A stretch of 64,000 nucleotides of DNA, from assembly GCA_012295275.1 (NCBI GenBank), contig CM022665.1:22320001-22384000 (forward strand). The letters are read 5' to 3'. Positions 40,101-51,495 of this stretch are shown here, one piece after another. The stretch comes from Chrysomallon squamiferum. Its lineage: Eukaryota; Animalia; Mollusca. The translations under genes were made by a program, and so were the position numbers. Position 1 is the first letter of the stretch. Each line of letters starts with the position of its first letter. The notes under the pieces are model-generated. The model saw only the letters and a program-made list of their open reading frames with translations. It ran no database searches and was not told the origin of the DNA.

Positions 40101-42226
40101 ATATGTGCAGAGAATATGGTGCTCCTCACACCAGCTAATTTTTGGAAATTCCTCTTTTTTTTTCAATTCTGTTTTAATTTAATTTAATTTAATTTTAATT
40201 TTAATTTTTATTGTTATTGTTATTGTTATTGTTAGTGTAAATTTACAAAGAATATTCTAGTGATTTTTTGTTTTTGTTTTTAAAAAACATCATTGACATT
40301 TAACTGAACAGTAAAACAATTATCCGAAGGTAGGTGCATACTTTCAAGCCATTCTGAACAATAAACAGTAACTAATAATCATACATGTCAATGGAAACTC
40401 ATAATATATCCGTGACACATCTTCATGTTTTGATAATGCAACTGTCATAGGAAAAAAAAAAAAATGATTTAAAATCTCAAAAATAAATCCAAGAAAAACA
40501 TTACAATTTTTCACTCAAATATTTATTTTAAACATTTCTTTATTTGTAATGTAGGGAGCACTTTTCCCACTGTAAAGCAAATGTTTATCAATATCAGTGA
40601 CACTCCTGCAAGTCCAGAACAAAGGGACAGGGAAAAGTGATGGAGTCTGAGAACCAAGCTCTGCATGTTTTCCTGTACACAGTAGTAATAACACTGCAAC
40701 TTGTAAGCCATGGCAGTGTGTTACCAGATCTGACTGTGACACAGCTGTGTCTGACATACCACCTGTTGCACATCCTGCTTGAATATGATCTACCAAGGCA
40801 GTTAGTAACAGTTGTATTTTACACTATATATTATTATGTAAAGCAATTACACAATGAATAACATGTATTCAGTAACTGAAAATACTGTCTGAACTAAATA
40901 TTTGACAATTAACAAGCCAGTGTCAAGATCAGTTAACCAGGATTCTTAATCTTTAACAATTTAAAAACAAAAAACAAAAAATTTAAAATAGATCTGAATT
41001 TTAAATTTAAGTAAAAATTATGTCACATACACGGTTATTATGATTATTATCACTGAATATTATTATGATTATTATCACTGAATGCCACAATGTTTCATGT
41101 TATCACTTCTGATTAATGTTATATTTTCATATACAGATCTGAATTACAACAATATTTTCATACATTAAGCATTATAATTGAATTATGTCACGTTTTGAAT
41201 GAACTATCGCAGGTCAACACTAGATGAAAATCTGATTACTCTATTTTAAGAAGATCTCATGTCACAATGGTCTCCAAATCCAATACAGTACACAAAGATT
41301 ATTTACTGTTCAATGAAACAATCAATGAGCCAGATCTAACATGACCAGAAAATTACGGTCAACAGTGTTACTGTATTACACTAATTCACAGACATCTACT
41401 GTAATTTTCATGCCTCAGCTGCTGTATTGTGTACTATTATACAGTATATACTATTGTCCTTTTAACCTAACATAACCTAAAATTTGGATATGTTCATAAA
41501 AAGTTTTGTTTACACACCAACTTCTTTATACTTACTTATCAATATATAAAATTTTAATATAACCATAAAAAAAAAATCTGCTTAGAATTTTTTTACATAA
41601 AACTAAGATTTACTAATACATCAACAACAACAACAACAACCCAAAACCCATTTAAAACTATATATTAAATTATATTAATAAGCAAGGGTTTCATTCTACA
41701 TTGTGTTGTGAATCACTATTTGTGTTTCCATATTTCTGATCATATTAAATTGGTCAGTTTATCAAGTTTGAAAACTTAGTATTTCTTGTTAACAGTCATT
41801 ATTATTTAGGATAATATTGGAGTCTTTTCTTATTATAAATTATACCAGACTGGTTTATGTGGGTTTATTTTGTTGTGGTTTTGAATAAAGATTTAGCATA
41901 TTAACTGAGGCCTTATTTCCATTTTTAATAATCGGCACACACGCTCACACAAGACTTATGTCATGTACAACTGAATATCACTATTGTTATCAAAACAAAA
42001 TTTGTGATTTTAACTCACCAGGATCATTGGCTCGCTCTTCAAGCAACTTGGCTTCAGTACACTCTGACAAGGACTGCTGAAGAACCTGGACAAGAAACTT
42101 TGCTTGCGATGGTGTCAACTTCTTCAACAAGGAATACAATGCCACTGTTTGTTCACACTCACTCCATGTCTTGAACCAATTGGTAACCAATGTTACCTGT
42201 TCTCGAAAATTATTGTTGGCTTTCAT
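18558..42226 (-). CDS. SAMD4: Protein Smaug homolog (SAM-domain RNA-binding translational repressor): join 42019-42226, 34989-35588, 28833-29102, 24521-24630, 22661-22747, 22153-22345, 21536-21621, 20859-20962, 20004-20196, 19464-19533, 18971-19057, 18558-18562; 2013 nt, about 670 aa
   Basis: N-terminal [58 protein letters not shown] domain [23 protein letters not shown]...[17 protein letters not shown]-like region [20 protein letters not shown] and C-terminal [13 protein letters not shown]; all 11 introns are GT-AG with consistent phases. Confidence 0.95.
18971..19057 (-). CDS. SAMD4: Smaug coding exon 11 ([29 protein letters not shown])
   Basis: 87 nt; AAG acceptor; conserved SAMD4 C-terminal motif LxSLCxSMTEHAL. 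Confidence 0.88.
19464..19533 (-). CDS. SAMD4: Smaug coding exon 10 ([23 protein letters not shown])
   Basis: 70 nt; polypyrimidine-TAG acceptor, CAG|GTAAT donor; RTHSLP motif. Confidence 0.88.
20004..20196 (-). CDS. SAMD4: Smaug coding exon 9 (WGNTFPL...KPGLLE)
   Basis: 193 nt; matches ORF 19992-20234. Confidence 0.88.
20859..20962 (-). CDS. SAMD4: Smaug coding exon 8 ([34 protein letters not shown])
   Basis: 104 nt; TAG acceptor, AGG|GTAAG donor. Confidence 0.92.
21536..21621 (-). CDS. SAMD4: Smaug coding exon 7 ([29 protein letters not shown])
   Basis: 86 nt; phase-consistent GT-AG. Confidence 0.93.
22153..22345 (-). CDS. SAMD4: Smaug coding exon 6 (DIMNGGS...FVRLMGK)
   Basis: 193 nt; matches ORF 22142-22339. 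Confidence 0.93.
22661..22747 (-). CDS. SAMD4: Smaug coding exon 5 ([29 protein letters not shown])
   Basis: 87 nt; completes the SAM domain. Confidence 0.95.
24521..24630 (-). CDS. SAMD4: Smaug coding exon 4 (SAM domain, [14 protein letters not shown]...WLETQ)
   Basis: 110 nt; CAG acceptor, CAA|GTATG donor. Confidence 0.95.
25700..26190 (-). mobile_element. Decayed pogo-family (POGK-like, DDE_1) transposase fragment in Smaug intron 3
   Basis: [58 protein letters not shown] and [10 protein letters not shown] match the pogo motifs KTTGHEK..FTVVLAC.ADG.KL.P.VIFK, KGWMD and LLVWD.FRAH; stops, frameshifts and internal deletions. A possible degenerate end lies near 25124-25220. Confidence 0.82.
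28833..29102 (-). CDS. SAMD4: Smaug coding exon 3 (ANGSPG...LEEGSGMR)
   Basis: 270 nt; TTTCAG acceptor, GAG|GTGAG donor. Confidence 0.92.
29916..29963. repeat. (AAT)n microsatellite
   Basis: About 16 perfect units. Confidence 0.9.
32644..32679. repeat. 17-bp direct duplication AGTTCTACTCTGTGATA x2
   Basis: Copies at 32644-32660 and 32663-32679. Confidence 0.85.
34989..35588 (-). CDS. SAMD4: Smaug coding exon 2
   Basis: 600 nt within ORF 34981-35589; CAG acceptor, AGG|GTGAG donor. Confidence 0.94.
41035..41083. repeat. 25-bp tandem duplication TTATTATGATTATTATCACTGAAT(A) x2
   Basis: Direct reading. Confidence 0.85.
42019..42226 (-). CDS. SAMD4: Smaug coding exon 1 ([10 protein letters not shown]...EERANDP); exon starts at 42395 in the 5'UTR
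   Basis: AACATGA start; donor CTG|GTGAG; 208 nt. Confidence 0.92.
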
Positions 42227-43298
42227 GTTTAACTGGTTTTGTAATAAAATATGAATTAACCCTTTTTTTGTTATATACTTTGACACTTTGATCCAGCAGA
42301 AAAAATGTTTTGTTTGTTTTAAAATAATGGATTTTAAACTTCATCAAAAGAACACAGTTTAAGACAATTCTGCTGGTCCTAAGTCTGGGCTTTACCTGAA
42401 ATATGAAACAGAATATAAAATTAAAACATGAACAAGGAAAATATTTTTAATCTCCTATTTTTAATGTCATACTTCTTTGAGGATGACATATTTCCTGATC
42501 TCGCCTCTGCATGGTTTCTTTTAATCCAAGGCTAAATAATTCACATAAAACAGAACTATCTGTGGCATAATTCAGTTTAAATTATTTGGATAGTCGATCT
42601 AGTGTTAGCTTTACCAGAGACAATTATTAGTAGGCTTTTGTCTTTCTGTCCAGCCCTCATGGTTTCTTGTAAAATCTACAAGTTTACATAGAGAGTTCTT
42701 TAAAATATTGTTTATCACATTGGTTTACTTTAACGTAAAAAACAATGTCTCCCTTCTCTCTTCAACATGTTACATTTATTAAACCAGTTTGGCACAAGAA
42801 TTAAAACCATGTCTAACATTCAAAATACTGAACATTTTCCAGGTTGTAAAGTAAGAAACACTAAAATATTAACTTCACTTTGAAATTGGTTTTAAAATAA
42901 TTTTGTTTACGTTGTTTTTACTTTTTCCTGAAATTAAAATATTTATGGAAATGTTTTGAAATAATACATCTGCTGTTAGAGCATGCTCTGACATTTTTGT
43001 CATCTTCCAAATAATACTAATAAGTCACTATATAACATAAATAGTTAACTGTTAAAATTTACACAAACTGGAAAAAAAAAAATTAATAAAAGCATTAAAC
43101 CAGAGACTTCAGTAAATATTATTTAACAAATTAATGATCTAAACAAAACTAAAAATATTTTTTAAACATAAATGTGTAATTGGGGTATCTCAAAGTACAA
43201 TGCTTTCAGAAGAAAAAAAGTAGAGAAAAAAGAAAAAGCAGTATGAAAAGGATTAGGTTTTCGAAAACGAATCCGTTTTATAAATACGAAAAACACCA

Positions 43299-43333
<35 letters not shown>

Positions 43334-43700
43334 CTGTCAAACTGGTCTCAACTGTGTTCGGTATTGATTGCACGATTTGAACCTTGTCCTGTTAACGTTT
43401 ATACCGTCTTCTAAATCAACTTCCTTATTTTTCTATAAAACGTGTTGTGCAATTTGAATGCCATTTGATAATGCTTTTAATAAATTTAAAACACGACCTG
43501 CTTAATGTCTGGCAAAACAATCTGACAAAAACAGCAATTATATAGGCCGATTCTAATTTTAGTAACGGGATGAAGGGTTCCCTCACAACGAATCGTTATG
43601 TTGACAATATTTTCAATCATTTAAATAAAATATATAACCTCAAAAAAGAAGAAGAAAAAAATAAAAGATGAGCAGATAACTTTAAAGTTTTGTAGCTCAC

Positions 43701-44000
43701 CTTACAATGAGTAAACAAGACAACTTTAAAACATCATGTTCTTTTCACATTCGTCCGGGGAAAAAATAAAGATACAGAACGTCCATTTCAGAATATACTA
43801 GCCTGAGCAGGGGTCGCCGAAGGATAACATTTTTTTAACCTTATATCAAATCCTAAATCTATTTAACAAAACGTGTAGGTTCCTGAGTAAGATAGAGGTG
43901 TTTATTATTTAATAATAACATAAAATACTCACGTGTCACTCATAGTTACCGCTATTTCATTATTCCTTTCAGAAGAGAAGCCCAGCTTGCTCTCTTTCCA
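43701..44000 (-). other. SAMD4: Putative non-coding 5' exon(s) of Smaug (donors at 43932 and 43700; 5' boundary approximate)
   Basis: Minus-strand donors CAC|GTGAGT (43932) and AAG|GTGAGC (43700) in a CpG-retaining region upstream of the acceptor at 42396. Confidence 0.5.
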
Positions 44001-44019
44001 CATGTTGAATAGTTGAATG

Positions 44020-44070
44020 TTAATGAGTGACGTCACACTTGAATGGCGGGCACTTGCCGGTGTCAGTGAT
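44020..44070. promoter_or_regulatory. Putative Smaug promoter motifs: perfect CRE palindrome GTGACGTCAC (44027-44036) and YY1-like AATGGCGG (44042-44049)
   Basis: Motifs read directly, in a CpG-retaining region just upstream of the putative first exon. Confidence 0.55.
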
Positions 44071-45420
44071 ATATATTTTCTACTAGAAAAATATCCTGTC
44101 AAACAAAACAAAAAAAAATAATAATAATGAAATTATTTATAAGAAAAGACGCATTTACCAGTTTTAAAAACTCTTTCACATTTTACTATCCTTAACTTTT
44201 CAAATATTTTAACAACATAAGCTAATTTACTGTTATATTCAGTTAACATGGTGTATTCCCTTTTAATATATGTGCCCTTAAATATTTGTCAATGAAAGTA
44301 AACGAAATATGTATGTTTTTAGAATGATTATATGTTCATTTAACAATTATTAGTATTTGTCAGTCAAAGAGGATAAAGTGTCATTTTATACTAATTTATT
44401 TTAGAAAATGCTTCAATCAAAATCCGAAATAACGTTGCGATATCCAGATAAAAATAGCGATCTTCAAAATAATTTCTTAGATTGTTTATATTTATAATTC
44501 TTCAAATTTATCTTTTAAAAATAAATAGAGGAATGAATTTAATTACTTGTTTCGATTATTCAGTTTATTCAGTTTTTGGGGGGTTTTTTGTTTTGTTTTT
44601 TTAAATGAGACAACAATAATAATGATGATGCAAAGAAATGTTTTTGAAACTGTTTTAATGGCTGCCGCAGTTAATGTATTTACCAAAAAATGAATTGGGG
44701 TAGGTCTCTTTCAGCATATCTTTAATCATCAATAAAATTGTTAGTAATTAAATAATTAAAAAAACATCTTACGTTCAGCATCATTTAAAAGTGAAAATGA
44801 GGTCATTCAAACTGCACAGTTAATATTATGTTTTAGGTTCATGTTATTTAATTAATTAATTTATTTATTTATTTATTTATTTATTTATTTTCATTGTTAG
44901 TATTTTGTGAATTAATAGCTAGGCTCTCCATCTGAAACCACAGACCTACCAATCAATGTTAGAGTAAAGCAGCGGAGAGATCTCTCGTGCAATCAGCATT
45001 ATTCTTCTTCCCCCCAAACCAGTTAATCCCAATCAGCTCGTGATGTTTGCATTGCCCGTTATTCATGGTTTGTTTCTTAAGCAACACAGTTACACTTATT
45101 TGGTTACTGAATAAACAAATAATAATAATAATAATAATAGTAGTAGTAGCAGCAGTAGTAAAGAGTTATTCATATGTTATTCATTCGTTCTTCTTCAATG
45201 AACTATTTGAAATACATAATTATGTAAAATGTAAAAAGAAAATGCAAAACGCTAGATCTGTCTTGGGCACATTTTTCTGAAATCAGGTTAGACAGTCTTA
45301 TAAAATATTAGAATAATTAGAGGGTTAGTTAGGAATTTACACTTCCCCTATTAATTGTAGACAGTGTTAGTGTACACTTCCTACCTCAAAACTAGGGCTG
45401 TTGTCATTTGTCGACTTTAA

Positions 45421-45446
45421 TGTGTGTGTGTGTGTGTGTGTGTGTG
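45421..45446. repeat. (TG)n microsatellite
   Basis: Direct reading. Confidence 0.9.
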
Positions 45447-45610
45447 GTAATACCTGCAGACTAATGAAATTACTGGATATTATTTCGTTAACTTAATAAA
45501 ATATTACAGCTCATTTAAATAAAAACGAGCTCAGTAAACGAATTTATATTTTAAGGGTATATTTTCGTTTCGGAGCAAATTATTACATTTATGTACCAAC
45601 TTGAAAAATG

Positions 45611-45693
<83 letters not shown>
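45611..45693. repeat. Poly(A) plus (AAT)n microsatellite
   Basis: Direct reading; produces the spurious polyI/polyF ORF 45551-45739. Confidence 0.9.
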
Positions 45694-45694
<1 letters not shown>

Positions 45695-48600
45695 CAGGAA
45701 ATAGTGTGTAAAATTGAAATGAATTTTACTTTGTTCCAAGCATTAACTATTTACAACTAGTGGTGCCCACGCTTGATGTCTCCTTTGGAATAAACACCAA
45801 TTAAGTTCTGAAAACGTTTAGATCGTGTTCAAGACCTCTGTGGTTGTATTCATTATCATATATCATGAAACAGATTGAGTTTTATTTAATAACTGAATTA
45901 ATATCCATGGGAGAATTTCGCGACATTAATGAATTCTGTTTTGTTCTTTACAGATCAGATTCAACTCGTCCCACTTAAGACGTACTCCAAATACTGGGAA
46001 ACACCCAGTTTATCACATGCACGTATGTTATCATCATCGTAGTTGTTTTATTGTTGATTATTATTATTATTATTACTAAAAAAGTTCAAAATATCATCTG
46101 GGTTATATTTATTTAGCTTCCGGCACCCGCAAAGCCTGAATAGCTGAAAATTGCTATCTATCCTCAGCTCGGCACAGATACGCTATTGTTCAAAGAAGCA
46201 TCTAATGCGTACCGGAATAAAGAACATTTTTCACTTCCCTACACTCTTCTTTTTTTTTTTTTCTGTTTTAATGAAAGTGTCCGATTTTTTATTTTGTGAA
46301 GAATCATGCCATTTAACATGCTCCAATAGTATGGTGTGCTTTTCTGTGCATCAGAAAATACACCTTGCTTTGTTTTTGCTGTCTAGCGGTTTCCCAGCTC
46401 GAAGGTTAATGTCTAAATTCATCTGAAAATGATACAAATTGTTCTAAATGTTATCTTCTTTGAAAAATGAATTAAAGTGGTCGGTGAAAACTCTTTTAAT
46501 ACAAGCTTAGTAAGGACCACACCAATTATCTCCAGTTTATACATCATAAATTTCAACTAGCATGGAGGATATCCGTATTTGGACAATGTATATTCATGTA
46601 TGTCAAATCATGAATATGCATCATATATATATATATATATATATACATAGAAAAAGTCAAAAGGTAAAATATGGTTTGCAAATAATAGTTTCTATGTACT
46701 GAATATGGTAAAATAAAATAATAATAAAAAAACTAAAAAAAAGAAAAGAAAAGTGTTATTATTATTTTTTTTTTTTAACTTTTGGGGGAAGGGATGTGTG
46801 AAATTTTTATTACGAAATTTTGAAATATATAATAAATGCCGAATGTTACCATAATAATTGTAAAAAACAACAACAAAGAAAACAAAAATGATGCAGAGAT
46901 ACATATTCTTTATTTTACCCATATCCAATTCTGTTTGGTATAGATATAATTTTACTTAAAATAATTCTCCTTGAATAAAATACAGTAATCTTGAATAAAT
47001 ACACAAATAACAACTAAGTTAAAGCATCTGTAAAAAAATAGTACATATATTTAACTATCAGTAAATATTATGAATAAAAGCAATTTAAAATCATAAAATT
47101 AAAAACAAGATTCCATCTAATAAAGTATCATTCACAACCATACATAACTGTTTGAGCTATTACACTTAGTGTTCGAATTTATAAAAATGTATATGCACTC
47201 AAACATGCATTTACCTAAAAATTCAATGCTCAGGCAGAACATTTTTGGAATGAATCATATTTTAAAAATATTATAACAAAACTGTACGTGTATGTTACAT
47301 AAATAAGGTAATGAACATTTATTTTGATTGTAACAATTTTTAAAATGCATTTTAGAATAATGCTAATAAATAAATAAATAAATAAACATATTAATTTTAT
47401 TACAAGAACAATAGCTGGACAATGATAAATAGAAGTATTTCAAAAAGGTATTCCATATAACTTTATAAGAAAATATTTATAAACTTATTTTCTCCCCCCA
47501 AAATATGATAAGCAAAAGAACTTTTAATTAAATCTAGATTTTCATATTTGTAAAAGGCCATATATTAAATTGAAATAAATATATTATTTTATTAAATAGC
47601 TTTCTTTGCTATCATTTACATGACTAAATGTCACCGGTTATAGCACAAGTATTATGGAAATGTCTTTATATGGAATATAGTATTACTGTTATGTCTATAA
47701 ACAATATAACAATGTTTTTCTTTTTTTTAACATTCTTCTCAGGAGTAATGCACCACGTACCCAAACTAGGTACAGTTTATAACAGAAATAAAATATTAAA
47801 TAATGTATATAAATTGAATATAATTAAAAATTTAAAAAGATAAAATTAAAATAATAACAATAATAATAGTAATAATAATGAAAAAAAATAAATAAATAAA
47901 TAAACCAGCAACTCAGAAATACACACAATTAAATAAATAATATAAAATAATAAATATACATTACAAAATTATGAATAATCAACTTTTGTCCACAATGTGT
48001 TTAATAATAAATATCAATATGTGAAAAAAAAATAATTATGAAACAAATTTGATTAAACCAGTAACATCACAGGACTCTAAAATAAAATGAAATATTTACA
48101 TTATAATTAATATTTTAGTTGAAAAACCCAAACAAAAAAAACAGAAAAAGTAACCCCAGAAAAAAACCCAAACAAACAAACATTTAAAGATAATACATAA
48201 CATTGCAATGCAAAAATCATTCAGCAATCACTGACAATATATTTATTTTAAAATATTTTCTTGTAATCTATAAATATGGCTTAAATACATTTTGTGCATT
48301 TCCCAAATTTTAACATATCCAGTTATTTTATTTTATTTATTACATTGGTAACCAATCTTCTTAATAATATATAATGTTCCTAATGTGACAACCTGTGATG
48401 ATGTATGAGGCTGACTTTTTAACTGTTACTGTCAGGACATTTCACTTACAGAACAGTAAAAACAAAAACCAGATAAACTTTGAAAAATGAATTCAGTCTT
48501 TCACATTTCTTAACTTTTTTTTGCATTTCTATTTACAAAAAGACATAGCCCAATGTTAGCCTTAGTGCATCTTCAAGGGCTTGCTGTTATCACCACATTT

Positions 48601-49375
48601 TATTATTAGTACAGATCTGTGTACAAAAACAGAATGATAATGGCAGACGTGATTCAATTTTAGTTGTAGTTATGAAATAACCATGACAGTATACATCAAA
48701 TTTATTATTATTATTATTTTATTTATTTATTTATTTTTAATTAAAAACAAATAAATAAAAGGAAAAATATTTGTCAATGGATTTTACATTCAGGATGAGT
48801 AAATTTATGTATGTTACAGGCAAACAATAGATTTGGCCATACAAATTATGGCCAACCTAATTGTTATGATTATTACAAGTAATTTCCATACTTTTAATTT
48901 AAAAATAGATAAAAGTTTTAAAATGAACATGTCCCATGTATAATTTGAACTATGTCTGCTATTATTTGTGTAATCCAACAGATTTTTTTTTTTCCTTCTT
49001 AGAAACTATGTTTTAATTATGAGATAAAATTGTGTCCAGTACTGTTGTACTACATAAGTTAAGTACAGCAGCTGAACCAATCAAAAGTAACTGATGTGGA
49101 ACATTTTATTTTATCAGTGACTCTCTTTCTCTCTCTCTCTCTCATGGTAGAGTTTACTTTATTTTTTTTCATTCCTTACCCATATTATTCATTTCAATAA
49201 TATTACTAAAATACTTTATTTTGTTTCTGAAAATTAAATGAAAATCATAATACAAAAAAATAAAAAATAAAATACAGAAGGCATAGAGTTTTTTAATACT
49301 ATAGCTAAACTGACAATTATAATCAGTTTTCTAAAAAATAAAACATTTTAGCATGACTAAATCACACAATCCATA

Positions 49376-49595
49376 TCAGTGTAAGTAAACAAATACATGA
49401 ATAGTTTATTCCAGTATCAAGAAATCAGAAGAATACAATTCACTTCAGTATAAGTAAGCAATATAATGAATGCTATCTGCATCTGCACAGATAAACAATA
49501 AATACAATCTATTCCAGAAACCACGGAATGAAGACGGTGTTTACCTGCACAAGTAAACAGAATGAATACAATTTTTCAGGAAAAGTAAACAACAT
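49376..49595. repeat. Degenerate minisatellite, about 7 units of 30-37 bp (consensus near CAGTATAAGTAAACAGAATGAATACAATTTATT)
   Basis: Recurring AAGTAAACA and GAATACAAT blocks at about 33-bp spacing. Confidence 0.55.
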
Positions 49596-49849
49596 ATTTT
49601 CTACATACCTGTTGCATGAGGTTAAAAATCTATCATGATCACTAAAATCTCAGCAATCCTTGTTTGATTGCTTGTTGTCTAAAGTAGCATGGGTTCATAC
49701 CATCACTGAAGTTAATATTTACACTGTTACACACTGAAAAATCATGAGCTATATCATTACTTTATTTTTTTCTACCAAAGTATGGGTGTAAAAAGTTACC
49801 CAGAGAATTTTGCTATTAAATCAGCAACCATCTGATCAATATTTGCACA

Positions 49850-50832
49850 GATTACTTGAAGAAATGGACTTAAAAATTATCTTAAATGTCTCAATGACAA
49901 AAAGATATCCAGTCTAGTATAAAAAAGAAAAAAAGAAAGAAAACAAACAAAAGAAAAACAGGAAAAACTAGATCCATAAATATTACAGATTAATCCGATA
50001 CAAGATATTACCAGATATTCTAATAATATCAAACCATTCATTCAGTGATATTTAAAGATTTATTTAAATAACAAAAAGAAAGACAAAATAAATTAGAGAT
50101 AATAAATTTCTTTTGAAAACCACAGAGAGACACCTCAAAGTCATGCTGCTGAAGAATTTTGAGGTAAAGAGAAATTATGGCATAAGGACAAATGTGACAA
50201 ATGTAACAATTTTATAACATAAAGATTACAGATCATTTCCAATATGGACCGTTTCCACTTGATGGAACAAGCTTGATCATACTTCAGCTTCTATTTTCTC
50301 AAGAAGAAAACCCCCTGCCACATAAAATAAGTAAAAAAAAAAATAAAAGCACATTCTACCTCAGAAAGCATAAATATTAATCAGGTAAATATGCAGAGAG
50401 CTATGCACTAACCATAACAAAATGTATTTAATGAGATTCAAAGAAGGGTTCAAAATGATAGAATCCTAGTGTTATCTCCAAACCTACATGAAGAAGACCA
50501 ACTTCTAACAAAATTCTGCGAAAAATGCTGCTAAAAATAAAATAAAATAATAATTTTCTTTTGTGTTAATATTTTATATATACAATTAGATTCCTTTCTT
50601 TTTTCTTCATTTAATATATATATTAATTATTATTATAATTATTACAAAAACAAAAAACACTTTTTATTTTTTTTTTAAATCTGAAGCAAAACAAAAACTG
50701 AAGAAATGTAACCATTTTATCAAATACAGGTTACAGATCTTTTCTAAAAATGGACAGCTTCCAATTGTTGGAACAAACTTGATCTTAGTTAAGCTTCTAT
50801 TTACTAAACAAGAGAAAGGCACCCACCCCACC

Positions 50833-50863
<31 letters not shown>

Positions 50864-51464
50864 AATGCCAACAGCAGTGTATCTCTAAATCTACATGAAG
50901 AAGACTAACTTTTAATCAAGTTCTGTGAAACATGCTGGTAAACATAAAATAATCATTTTCTTTCATGTTAATATTTTATATATACAATTAGTTTACTTTC
51001 TATTTGTTAATTTTATTTATATGTAATTATTATTATTATTAAAGAAAGAAAATAACCTAAAAATTCAGAAATGATAGAAAAATATTGTCCACAGCTGATT
51101 GATACAAATTTGGCATCAGAGTTATTTGCAGAATTTTGATATGGATAGAGATGGTGTGTGCATTTTAGGGAGATTTTACCAGTAGACTGTTACTTGGTCA
51201 TGACAACACACACTAAGGATGTTACTCAATTCTTTCTATTATCAACATATTTTTTAAAGCAGATATACAGTACATCAAATATTAACAAATTTGTGAGGCC
51301 TTTCAATGGAAAATTGGCTTATTAATATTAAAAAAACAATAATAATAATAAAATTTGAAAAAAAAAAAGAAAAAAAAAAGAAAAATGCAGATAGCAACAA
51401 TTACTTGAAGCAAACATTTTCTAAAATGTCTGAAGGACAATCTTGTATGAAATGTAAGAAAAAC

Positions 51465-51495
<31 letters not shown>

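Noticed and set aside
41990-42286. Extended Smaug N-terminus MSKYITKKG... from the ORF track
   Set aside because: It starts at GTG; the conserved start is the ATG at 42226 in good context, just before FREQV
49609-49733. Minus-strand exon-like block with donor CAG|GTATGT
   Set aside because: Stops in all frames and no partner exon identified; cannot be supported as coding
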